Shown in pieces: positions 1 through 10,267 of a stretch of DNA of 36,905 bases. The translations under genes and the position numbers were made by a program. Positions within the stretch are counted from its first letter, which is position 1, and every line of letters begins with the position of its first letter. The stretch lies in assembly GCF_006345805.1 (NCBI RefSeq), contig NW_021831682.1, positions 1 to 36,905 on the forward strand, read 5' to 3'. The stretch comes from Octopus sinensis. Taxonomy: Eukaryota. The notes under the pieces were generated by a model that did not search any database, had not been told where the DNA came from, and saw nothing but the letters and a program-made list of their open reading frames with translations.

Positions 1-170
1 ATATTTTGTTCTATATCCTCTTCAAACAGAATTAATTTTTTCAAATAATATCACTTCCTCGTACATGAAAAATGCAATATTTCCACTCCTTTGCAATTTT
101 GAATTAAGTTTGTTTAATTCTGATGTTATGTCAACCATAAAATAGAATTTCTGCAGCCATTGGTCATTAC
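1..170 (-). mobile_element. Fragment of SPIN/GTF2IRD2-type hAT transposase, cut at 170 by a second hAT
   Basis: Minus-strand reading NDQWLQKFYFMVDITSELNKLNSKLQRSGNIAFFMYEEVILFEK resembles the W-L-x-D-L-A-F-L-V-D-I-T-x-H-L-N-x-L-N-x-K-L-Q block of SPIN/GTF2IRD2 transposases (recognised by eye). Confidence 0.65.
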
Positions 171-330
171 TAGAGCAACATTTTTATTGACTTGAAAAAA
201 AATAAAAATTTCCCTTAAAAAGTCAATGTAATTGACCTTAAAATTTTAAAAATTGACCAAATAATTGACCGTAAAAATACTACTTTATTTTCATATATAA
301 ACTACGTTTATGAAAATTTAAAGTAATTTT

Positions 331-521
331 TTTAATGAAATGTTTTTATTTCTTAAAAGAAAACAGAGAGAAAAGAGAGTTAACAAGAGGACTTCCCCGC
401 CTCGTAGATGGAGAAACAGTTTCCACGTACAATGGCAAGGGAAATCCTCTGAAGGAGCCATCCACACTCACGCGTGTCGTTTCTCTTGCGAGAAATCAGA
501 CGACCCAGCTTTTTGAGGAAA
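331..521 (-). mobile_element. 5'-truncated CRE-like non-LTR retrotransposon 3' end with ~13-bp TSD
   Basis: Minus strand reads FLKKLGRLISRKRNDTRECGWLLQRISLAIVRGNCFSI*, homologous to the end of ORF 34772-35212. Flanked by direct repeat ttaaagtaatttt (318-330 and 522-534). Confidence 0.75.
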
Positions 522-671
522 TTAAAGTAATTTTATTCATCGTTTATCGAGTTATTTACAATTAAGTAATATTTTACACTAGCTCGGCAGCTCGCTTCGC
601 TCACCGCGACCTAGCTCCTGCGGAGGGCCTGTTTCATCAAACAACTATAAGTTTATGTAGATGGTATAAAA

Positions 672-880
672 CTACCTGGTTAAATGTAACCCTATTCTAT
701 CGCCTGTGATAAACGATGTTTGTCGTCCGTCCTTCCTTGGCATATATGAATAAATTTCTCTTCTGCCTACCCTCGAGCATCCCACATACAGCTGTCCATG
801 TGAAAAGCACTCACTCTCTAAAAATAACCCAACTACCTTTAATGACTGTCCCTGGGCCTTGTTTATTGTCATTGCACACT
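672..880 (-). pseudogene. Pif1-type helicase C-terminal remnant of Helitron RepHel
   Basis: AMTINKAQGQSLKVVGLFLESECFSHGQLYVGCSRV matches Pif1 helicase motifs V/VI (MTINKSQGQ...FSHGQLYVAxSRV). Confidence 0.85.
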
Positions 881-1254
881 TTTTTTTTCATTTTTTGTGG
901 TTTATTTTTTTTTATATTAATTTTTTCATTTTTCCTTTGTAATTTCCTTTTTTTTTTTTTTTGTTTTTACTGGCGGAAATGGGGCAGGGGGAGATGCGGC
1001 AGGCGGAAATGCGGCAGGCAAGAAAGCGACACACAAAAAAGCGACCACACAAAAAAGATTTAATTAATTACCTTATTAAGCTGACCGTTTTTTCTTCAGC
1101 TTCGTTTTTCCTCCTTCGGTTATCTATTTAAAAAATTATTTTTGAATAATAAAAAAGTTAGGAGGAAAAGAGGCATACCGAAAATAAATTCTATCTTTAC
1201 GAAAAACTCAAGTAAATAGTTAATATTTTTACGCAAATTCTTCTGATTGCGCTG

Positions 1255-1458
1255 TCAATTGGTGGTAAATTGTGTTAATGGTTGTGCTAATGTGGTTTCA
1301 ACTATCAAAGTGTTTTTCAAAATCTGTTAATTGCACACTCTATTCAAGGTCGTGCGTCAATTGGTGGTAAATTGTGTTAATGATTGTGCTAATGTGGTTT
1401 CAACTATCAAAGTGGTTTTTCAAAATCTGTTAATTGCACACTCTATTCAAAGTCGTGC
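1255..1458. repeat. Tandem duplication, 102-bp unit x2, inside the Helitron
   Basis: tcaattggtggtaaattgtgttaatg... starts at 1255 and 1357; the copies are near-identical. Confidence 0.9.
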
Positions 1459-1664
1459 AATCTGTGATTGCACATTCTGTCAAAGTCAAATATGATAATA
1501 GCTTTAATTTTGATTCATGGTCGATAATGATATATGCATTTAATTTTAAGAGAGAAAAACATAGGATGAATTGAATTTCTTTATCGCGAATAATTGGGAG
1601 TTCATCATTGTTAATATTCTCGCTGTCGTTTTCATCAAGGATATTCTTAATACGTGAGATTTTT

Positions 1665-2460
1665 GCCTTGAAGGTTTTAATGGACCTCATCATGAATGTC
1701 GAGGACATTCGCGTTGTTCATTTTAATCAAAACAGAAAATAAATTTTTTGATTTTTGGGGGAAGGTTTTAAGGACTTCATCATGTAAGTCGAGGACATTG
1801 TAGTTGTTCATTTTAAACCAAAAGCAGAAAATTTTTTTTTAATTTTTTTTGGGGGGAAGGTTTTAAGGACTTCATCATGTAAGTAGGACATTGTAGTTGT
1901 TCATTTTACCAAAATGCAGAAAATTTTTTTTTAATTTTTAATTTTTTTGGGGGAAGGTTTTAAGGACTTCATCATGTAAGTCGAGGACATTGTAGTTGTT
2001 CATTTTAACCAAAATGCAGAAAATTTTTTTTTAATTTTTTTTGGGGGAAGGTTTTAAGGACTTCATCATGTAAGTCGAGGACATTGTATTGTTCATTTTA
2101 ACCAAAATGCAGAAAATTTTTTTTTATTTTTTTTTGGGGGAATTTTAAGACTTCATCATGTAAGTCGAGGACATTGTAGTTTTCATTTACCAAAATTGCA
2201 GAAAATTTTTTTTTAATTTTTTTGGGGGAAGGTTTTAAGGACTTCATCATGTAAGTCGAGGACATGTAGTTGTTCATTTTAACCAAAATGCAGAAAATTT
2301 TTTTTTTAATTTGTTTTTGGGGGAAGGTTTTAAGGACTTCATCATGTAAGTCGAGGACATTGTAGTTGTTCATTTTAACCAAAATGCAGAAAATTTTTTT
2401 TTAATTTTTTTGGGGGGAAGGTTTTAAGGATACCTCATCATGTATCGAGGACATCGTATT
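1665..2460. repeat. Minisatellite, ~90-95-bp unit x ~9, inside the Helitron
   Basis: Unit gggggaaggttttaaggacttcatcatgtaagtcgaggacattgtagttgttcattttaaccaaaatgcagaaaatttttttt...; units differ mainly in homopolymer lengths. Confidence 0.93.
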
Positions 2461-2485
2461 GCCAATTTGAAGTTGGTGTGCACAC

Positions 2486-2486
<1 letters not shown>

Positions 2487-2514
<28 letters not shown>
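2487..2514. repeat. (CAGA)7 microsatellite near the Helitron 5' end
   Basis: Direct read of the sequence. Confidence 0.95.
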
Positions 2515-2516
<2 letters not shown>

Positions 2517-3120
2517 CACACCATACCATTTTATTATTAAGATTATCCACTTTAAAATTCCTATCCTTGGTGAAGATTTTGTTAAAAATCGAAAATGATC
2601 GTTCTACTGCGCACGATGTTGCCTGACATCCAATCAACAAAGAATAATCTAAAGGTGAAATGGAATGATCATCGAAATTCATAATTTTTGTGATATCATT
2701 GGAATTCATCCTTTTGATAATATAATTTTTTATTCCACACACGTCTTCTTTAAAATCCAATGTTTTCAAATAATTAAATGCTTTTTTTATAGTAAAATTG
2801 GTCGATTCTAAATCATCAAGCAAATGTAATAAAGGTGAATATTGTGATATTATCGTCGTTAGATCTTTATGAAGTTGTTCATTAAATAAACATTCTTTCG
2901 CTCTTTTAATAAGCATTCCATTTGCATTACATAATTTACAAAAAAGCATTCCATTTGGTGTAATTGTAAACTCTTTAGAATATTTTCACAAATATTTTAG
3001 CTTTTTTAAAATCCGAAGGTTATTTTTAGGCATAAGTACACTATAATTTAGTTTAAAATTTGTTACAATAAGAGACAAATGTCACTGCGACTACTTTAAA
3101 TTTATTTTGATGCTTTAAAT

Positions 3121-4063
3121 CAGCGGTTCTCAACCGTGGTCCCCAGAAAATTTTTAGTGGTCCCCAGGAATTTTCGAAAAATAAAAATATATTAAGTTAA
3201 AACTAATTGTACAATTAAATATAAATCAAAAACATTGAAATTAATCAAGCGGTTCTCAACCGTGGTCCCCAGAAAATTTTTAGTGATCCCCAGGAATTTT
3301 CGAAAAATAACAATATATTAAATTTAAAACTAATTGTACAATTAAGTATAAATCAAAAACATTGAAATTAATCTGATTTGATTAGCGTGGTTTATCATTC
3401 TATTTATGGTTAACAAGAATCGTCGTCTTTGGTCGGATTCTTACGTACAATTTGGATTCACTAAATTCATTGCCCCAAATAATGAAATAAAGGCAAAATG
3501 CATGATTTGCCATAAAATTTTGGGAAACAATTCACTGAAACCTTCTCAACTTAGGCGCCACAAAGAGTCTGTACACCCAGAAAATTCTTCCTCACATGAA
3601 TATTTTAAAGTCAAAAGAACGAAGTTTGATTCACAGCCAAAGATTGAGTGGTTTAATAAATCTCAAGATAAACCGAGATTAGAACCATCATATGCTGTAA
3701 TTTTAATTTTCTAAAAACAAAATATAGAAATGTCGTGTCTGACTTTTCTAAAAACAAAATATAGAAATAGACTACGGGTACAAGATGATATGCGAGTAGC
3801 TTTGTCGAACATAGAGCCTGATATAAGTAAAATTATTCTGAGCAAACAAGATCAGAAATCTCACTAAATTACTATTAAATTTTCTGTTATTTTCATAATG
3901 TTCATGTTATTTTTATAATAAATATTCGAACATGTCTAAACCTGGCGAGGAGGCCAAAAATTGTGCGTTAATACCAAAAAATGTTTATTTTTATTAAGGT
4001 GGTCCCCACAAAATTTTATAGTGCAAAAGTGGTCCCCAGTCTAAAAAAGGTTGAGAACCGCTG
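3121..4063 (+). mobile_element. Internally deleted Buster-type (ZBED5-like) hAT element
   Basis: TIRs cagcggttctcaacc (3121) and ggttgagaaccgctg (to 4063). BED zinc finger CMICHKILGNNSLKPSQLRRHKESVH (ORF 3406-3714) is joined to the Buster C-terminus RNRLRVQDDMRVALSNIEPDISKIILSKQDQKSH* (~3763-3867). The left ~126 bp is tandemly duplicated (3121 and ~3247). Confidence 0.9.
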
Positions 4064-4350
4064 GACTAGATTATATTAAAAAAATAACAGCATGGGTCGC
4101 CAAAATAAATATAAAAAATAATTCAGAAAGTTTTAAGTAATATATATTTTATGTTGCAATATACAGTGCCTGAAAAAAATTGGATTTGAAATAAATCGAC
4201 TTTTTTTAAAGTAAAGTTGTTTCTTAACTTCCTCACGAATGCTTATTAGAAATCAAACTTTCAGAAATTTGGAATGTGCTGACAAAAAATTCCAGGAAAA
4301 AAGAACGTCTAAAAATCAATATAAAAAACTAGATTTTTGTCTGTTCGGAA

Positions 4351-4960
4351 ATGTTAACGACGTTTTATTTATTTATTATATTTCACATGGTCTTAGCTGG
4401 AGGAATTAGAGAGAATCCATTATGTAAATTTGTATTAGTAAAATATAGTTACATCGCGAGGGGATACCGGATTACATATTAATGAGAGAGGTTTAATCTA
4501 AAAGTAATTTTAAATAGAATTTACGAAACAAGTTGAAGAAATTTTGCGAACTAATTATGGAATTGCTCAATTTCGACCGAATTTAGAGATCACAGTATTC
4601 TTTTATTTATTTTTTGCAAAGAAACAAAACAATTTAGAACAGGAATTCGCTGATCTTATGAAAAGTGACACTATATTAGATATTATGAACACATATTATA
4701 ATTCACCTGGACATCAAGCTCTAGTCTCGCTTATTTTCGAGATATTCGGCATAACACTGACAACTACAACAGAGGCAACTACAACAACCACAACAGAAGC
4801 ATCGACAACTACAACAGAGGCAGCGAAATTGCCTACGATAAAGGCAGCGAAATCGCATACAACAGAGAAAGTGAAATGTACTACAGCGAGACAATCGCCT
4901 AAAACAGATAAGTACCTATTCATACTAACTAATATTATTTACTTTTTGGAATTTTACTAA
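4351..4960 (+). CDS. Secreted Thr-rich (mucin-like) orphan protein, copy 1, 4 exons, ~175 aa
   Basis: ATG at 4351 gives signal-peptide-like MLTTFYLFIIFHMVLA. GT-AG introns 4424-4448, 4491-4517 and 4595-4621 give one open frame through TTTTEA repeats to a hydrophobic C-terminus KYLFILTNIIYFLEFY*. An extra intron at the very 3' end cannot be excluded. Confidence 0.7.
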
Positions 4961-5424
4961 TTTAATTTAACGCGATGTTTTGTGATAAAACTATTTATCA
5001 GTTTATTTTATTTAAGAAACATATAAGAGATTAATTTTTGATGCTGTTGATTTCTTATTTTTTTGATCTATTATTATTAATAAGCGCACCTTCAAAACAA
5101 CCTAAATAAAGTTTTTTCGCCATTCTGAATGTGTTTTGTTAATCTCTTCCATTTCACTTTGTTCCTCGACAGTTTTCTCAGAACTCGATGTCGTCTGCCT
5201 ATGTCAGCCCTTTTCCAATCAAGGTTAAGTCTTGATGTAGAAAGGTTAGTAGAGTAAGTAAAGTAAGATCGGTTTTACGAAAATTAGAGGCAGTCTTCCT
5301 CGAGTATTTTTATCCATCAGCATTTAAAAACATAATTTTATCAACAATAATTCGTATTATTCAAAAAAATTTTGTTAAATTATTTATTAACATTTTTTTC
5401 TTGTGGGCACATTTTTGTTATTAA

Positions 5425-6216
5425 ATGGCTATCGAAGATCTATTTAGCAATGCTCAGCTATTATCAGTAATTGGAGAACATGATCTATATGACCAGAATA
5501 TAAAAACAAAAATAAACGAATGGACACATTTGGGGGATACTACAGTCCCTACAAATATACAAAATAGTTGATTACGTAACCTAATGACTAGTAATATCCT
5601 TTAGCAGGCGTTATTCATTGATATTTTGCTGTGGAATACTTATAACCGAACTAAATACTTTATTTTTAGCCTCTCTTCACGAATTACTACACGCTGGAGG
5701 AGTCCTTTTATTCATTTTCGAGAAATCAAATGATTTATTGGACTCAAAACTAATCAGATTACTCAAGATTGCTGGTTTTTTCTCACCAATAGACGTACAA
5801 TAATATTTATAAACATACAGCAATCAAATGAACTCGACTCCTCATTCATCACTGTCCAGAAGGCGAGTTTTGCCAATGGGACATCAATATCGAATATTTG
5901 GAGTGACATTGACTACGAGGAAGAGGGAGAGACGATCAACAGTGATGAGATATTGGAAGAGCAAGACAAACTGCCTCCTGTGAGGATCAGTTACACAGCA
6001 AAACAGAAGAGGAGAGCATGTGCGAATTGTACGTGTGGATTGGATGTTTCGGAGGGTGTGATGAGGTCTTCTTGTGGGAATGTATTTGTGTGGTTATAGT
6101 AGTAGTGCTATCTCGGAGATGCATTTCGATGTGATGGTTGTCCTTACAGTGGTCTGCCCCCCTTCAACCCTGGAGATGTGGTTGAGATTCCCGATACTGA
6201 TTTGTTTGATCTATAA
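5425..6216 (+). CDS. CIAPIN1: Anamorsin / Dre2 (cytosolic Fe-S assembly), copy 1, 4 exons
   Basis: Three GT-AG introns of 24-26 nt (first 5567-5591) give an open frame ending ...[12 protein letters not shown]...SSCGN|[24 protein letters not shown]..., the family signature. Confidence 0.93.
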
Positions 6217-6481
6217 TCCAGTTAAAATTATTTTGTGTCAAAAAACGTGTTTCTGGCCTGATTTTTTATTGACCCCTCTAATATTTAATCGACCCTCTTA
6301 AAAAATTTTATATACAACAGACAATATTAAATAATATTTATATATACCAGACAAAACTAAGTAAAATTAGTTACTTTCCAGTATTTAATCAAACGAATAT
6401 TTATAGCCATAGTCAGAGGCAATACTCTGGCAATCTGCCAATGACCATTTTTCTGTAGTCCTTTTATTAATACATGATAAT

Positions 6482-7953
6482 TAGGGCAACTAAAAAGTTG
6501 ACCTAAAAATTTAAAAATTGACCTCTAAAAGTCAACTAAATTGACCCAAAAAAACGAAAGTTGACCTAAAAAGAGCCAAGAATTTTTTTTAATCAGGAGT
6601 TATAAAGAATCATATAAAATTTAAGGTTCTCCGGTTTAAAATTCCGATCTTTTGCCAAAATTTTATGGAGAATTGAAAATGAACGCTCCACAGAACATGT
6701 AGTTGCCTGACATTGAAGTAGTCGCAACTTTTCCATAGGCGAAAAATTTTCTTCGTTAACAATTTTCATAATTTCATTCTTATTCATTCTTTTATCAATA
6801 TATTCTTTTATTTTGCAGGTATCTTCTTTCAGATCGAGTATTTTCAAAAAATTGATAGCCTTCTCGATTGAAAAGTTTGTGGACTCAATTTCAGGAAGAA
6901 CATCTGCAAGTGGAGAATACTGATTCCATATTTCTTTTAAATCATTAACAAGTCCTTCATGGTTTATTGATTCTTTTGCCCTCCGAATCAATAGGGATTC
7001 TCCTTTTAACGAATTGCATATTTCCAACACTCTGGAAAAATGTTCCACGTAGTACTTGGTTGCTCGAAGCCAACTTCCCCATCTAGTAACAATAGGTTCT
7101 GGAGGTAGTCCTATTTCAGAAAATAGTTGCCTTCGACTACTGTTTTTGAGAACAAGTTCTTTAATGGAGGCAATTAAGTTATCCACTGTAGGGTAACTTA
7201 GTTTTATCCTTAAAGCACAATTTTGTATCAAATGTGCAATGCATGTTACGTGGAATAGGTAAGGGTACAAATTTTCAGAGTGTTTCCTGCTGAAATCATT
7301 TACTTTGCCGCGTCGGTTAACAACAAGTAAAAATTTTTCCTTTCAATATTTGCATGTCGGATCGTATCGTCCACAATCTGGCATACAATTGATGCGTTCG
7401 GCGAAGAATTTAATACAATACAATCAATAAGATAACTGTTTTGGGGATCAGTTATTTTCCCAATAAGAATATTGACAAATTTATCTTTACCGGCATCAGA
7501 CTCATCAACAATTAAGAAAATCCTTTCATTAATTAACAATTGGATAATCTCACTAACACGTCTTTCTGCCAAAATTTTGACATTGTTTGACATTTTGATT
7601 CTGAAGGTAACACAAATCCAATAGTATTAAAAAAATTTATTAAGGCAGGATTCCGTAATTTATATAATGGAATATTTGCTGAAACAAATGCTTTAGTTAG
7701 ATTGAGCGAAAAATCATTAGTAACAACAGTAGTGGGAAAAAACCTTTGAATGGTCTTTTTAGGCTCGTTCATATGCGATTTATGTTTTTGCGTCAATCTG
7801 TGTTTTTCTACAAACCATTTTTTATGGAATGTAAAAAATTAATATTTATATATTTTAAATAAATATTTTAAGCAGAAAATTACAAATTGACAAAAAATAC
7901 AAAAATTGACAAAGTTGACCAAAAGTTGACATTATTGACTTTTGGTTGCCCTA
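6482..7953 (-). mobile_element. hAT DNA transposon (defective), copy 1
   Basis: TIRs tagggcaac / gttgcccta, exact 8-bp TSD atgataat (6474-6481 and 7954-7961), subterminal A[A/G]TTGAC repeats. The transposase is split into ORFs 7533-7796, 7300-7593 and 6593-7270 by two frameshifts and a TAA; VDESD and CSVERSFS motifs present. Confidence 0.93.
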
Positions 7954-8025
7954 ATGATAATCATTTTTACCAACTATCTAAATTCATTATTAATAATCAA
8001 ACAAAACTCAATGAAAAAACTCGAT

Positions 8026-8953
8026 AGTCAAAATTTTTAAAACATCTAGGCATTTTTGGTTTTCCAATCATCACAGGTTTCAATTTATGACTTCCGGTCA
8101 TGTTTGAACAAAGCATAATAGACACACGGTCTTTAAAATTTTTGTATCCTTGGAATCGGTTTCTGCATACGCTTTTCGATGGAATAAGCTTGTAGTATAA
8201 TGCAGTTTCATCCAAATTATAAATTAGATCAGGCTTATACGATTTAGAAATTTCTTTAAATTCTTCACGAAAAGAATTAATGTCAACTACTTTATCTGTT
8301 CGCATCTCTCCATGTAATTTTAGCATTCTAAAACCGTGTCTCTTTTTGAATTTTGCCAGAAATCCATTAGAATTTTTAAAGTTACTAAGTTGTAGCTCTT
8401 CGGCAAAATGCGCAGCCTTACACGATATTAAGGAATCATTCAAAAAACCACCTAAAAATTGGTTTTCAATTAATACCTTTAGACTCTATTGTATCCATCC
8501 ATTCGATCAATTTTTCTTCAAGCGTAGGAAATTTTGGTTTGTGAGCAGCTTTATACGAATTTTGATAGATTTTCGAATCCCGTAAAATAGAGTCTTTATT
8601 AAGCAGTAGATTATTGATCGTCTTTCTCGAGATCGTCTTGTGGAATAAATGTGAGAATCTGTCAGCCAGAAGCTGACACGAAACACTGTCATTTTCTTCC
8701 TTGTAGTTTATAATTTGTGTTTTTTCAAGAAAAGTGAGCCGAGTATAACGTCCACGAGAAATTTTATAAGACATGTGATTAAAAAAATAGTTTATTTTCT
8801 AATTAAAAAAAATAATAATTCAAAAATTGTGGCCAATTTGAGAATTGGCCAATTTACTAAGAAAATTAATTTTTTTCTTAGTAAATTGTGCAAAAATTGG
8901 CCAATTTAAAAATTGGCCAATTTGCGAGGTGGCCAATTTGCGAGGATTCACTG
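8026..8953 (-). mobile_element. 5' half of a pogo/Tigger (Tc1/mariner) element with a 25-nt intron
   Basis: TIR cagtgaatcctcgcaaattggcc next to TA (8954-8955), with repeated palindromic ttggccaa subterminal motifs. HTH_psq and CENP-B HTH, then DDE_1 start (NLDETALY...KDRVSIMLCSN...KPVMIGK). ORFs 8466-8774 and 7997-8443 join in frame through GT-AG intron 8452-8476. Confidence 0.88.
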
Positions 8954-9215
8954 TATAAAAAATAATTCAGAAAGTTTTAAGTAATATATATTTTATGTTG
9001 CAATATACAGTGCCTGAAAAAAATTGGATTTGAAATAAATCGACTTTTTTTAAAGTCAACTTGTTTCTTAACTTCCTCACAAATGCTTATTAGAAATTAT
9101 ACTTTCAGAAATTTGGGATGTACTGACAAAAAATTCCAGGAAAAAAGAACGTCGAAACAATTGAATATAAAAAACTAGACTAATTTAATTCAACGCGATA
9201 TTTTGTCTGTTCGAA

Positions 9216-9780
9216 ATGTTAACGACGTGTTATTTATTTATTATATTTCACATGGTCTTAGCTGGAGGAATTAGAGATAATCCATTTTGTAAATTTGTAT
9301 TAGTAAAATATAGTTACATCGCGAGGGGATACCGGATTACATATTAATGAGAGAGGTTTAATCTAAAAGTAATTTTAAATAGAATTTACGAAACAAGTTG
9401 AAGAAATTTTGCGAACTAATTATGGAATTGCTCAATTTCGACAGAATTTAGAGACCATAGTATTCTTTTATTTATTTTTTGCAAAGAAACAATACAAGTT
9501 AGAACAGGAATTCGCTGATCTTATGAAAAGTGACGCTATATTAAATATTACGGACAAATATTATAATTCACCTGGACATCAAACTCTAGTCTTGCTTATT
9601 TTCGAGATATTCGGCATAACAGTGACAACTACAACAGAGGCAACTACAACAACTACAACAGAGGCAGCGAAATCGCCTACAAAAGAGAAAGTGAAATGTC
9701 CTACAGCGAGACAATCGCCTAAAACAGATAAGTACCTATTCATATTAACTAATATTATTTACTTTTTGGAATTTTACTAA
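9216..9780 (+). CDS. Secreted Thr-rich orphan protein, copy 2 (stalk 15 aa shorter)
   Basis: Same exon structure as copy 1 with identical intron sequences; open frame MLTTCYLFIIFHMVLAGGIRDNPF...KYLFILTNIIYFLEFY*. Confidence 0.7.
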
Positions 9781-10267
9781 TTTAATTCAACGCGATGTTT
9801 TGTGATAAAACTATTTATCAGTTTATTTTATTTAAGAAACATATACTCGGTGATCTAATTTTTAATGCTGTTGATTTCTTATTTTTTTGATCTATTATTA
9901 TTAATAAGCGCACCTTCAAAACAACCTAAATAAAGTTTTTTCGCCATTCTGAATGCGTTTTGTTAATCTCTTCCATTTCACTTTGTTCCTCGACAGTTTT
10001 CTCAGAACTCGATGTCGTCTGCCTATGTCAGCCCTTTTCCAATCAAGGTTAAGTCTTGATGTAGAAGGGTTGGTAGAGTAAGTAAAGTAAGATCGGTTTT
10101 ACGAAAATTAGAGGCAGTCTTCCTCGAGTATTTTTATCCATCAGCATTTAAAAACATAATTTTATCAACAATAATTTGTATTATTCAAAAAAATTATTAA
10201 AAAATATTTTGTATTTTGTTAAATTATTTATTAACATTTTTTTCTTGTGGGCACATTTTGTTATTAA

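Larger units (their letters stand above)
579..2542 (-). mobile_element. Non-autonomous Helitron with both termini (1964 bp)
   Basis: Minus strand begins A|TCTTAATAATAAAATG followed by (CTGT)n, and ends with a GCGAAGC-core hairpin and CTAG|T. It is inserted between A and T with no TSD, contains a Pif1 helicase remnant, and its removal restores the host hAT reading frame. Confidence 0.88.
171..3020 (-). mobile_element. Decayed hAT element, same family as 6482-7953, interrupted by CRE-like and Helitron insertions; only one TIR found
   Basis: TIR-like tagagcaac at 171 (cf. tagggcaac at 6482), subterminal ATTGACC motifs at 205-270, and transposase C-terminus with dimerisation motif CQATSCAVERSFS (ORF 2401-2949). 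Joining 2543 to 578 restores DRNFKVDN|VKYYLIVNNS, matching DRNFKPENLKFYMILYNS of the 6593-7270 ORF. Confidence 0.8.
4110..8025 (+). repeat. Segmental tandem duplication, copy 1
   Basis: Collinear and highly similar to 8954-12896 (offset ~4844-4871); carries the same three gene/TE units. Confidence 0.95.

Noticed and set aside
1665-2460. CRISPR-like look of the regular ~92-bp array
   Set aside because: No unique spacers; whole units repeat, the context is a eukaryotic Helitron, and there are no cas genes.
4167-4350. Apparent upstream exons and a periplasmic-binding-protein-like YGIA motif for the Thr-rich gene
   Set aside because: Phases did not join, copy 2 is frameshifted there, and an ATG with a signal peptide at 4351 explains the gene. 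The motif similarity is too short to support.
5085-5323. Small minus-strand gene divergent from anamorsin
   Set aside because: There is an ATG and a TACTAAC, but no unique splice model and no recognisable product.
7260-7600. hAT frameshifts might be micro-introns as in the Tigger element
   Set aside because: The only suitable GT-AG pair (26 nt) creates a TAA, and the second shift has no candidate intron; these are real lesions.
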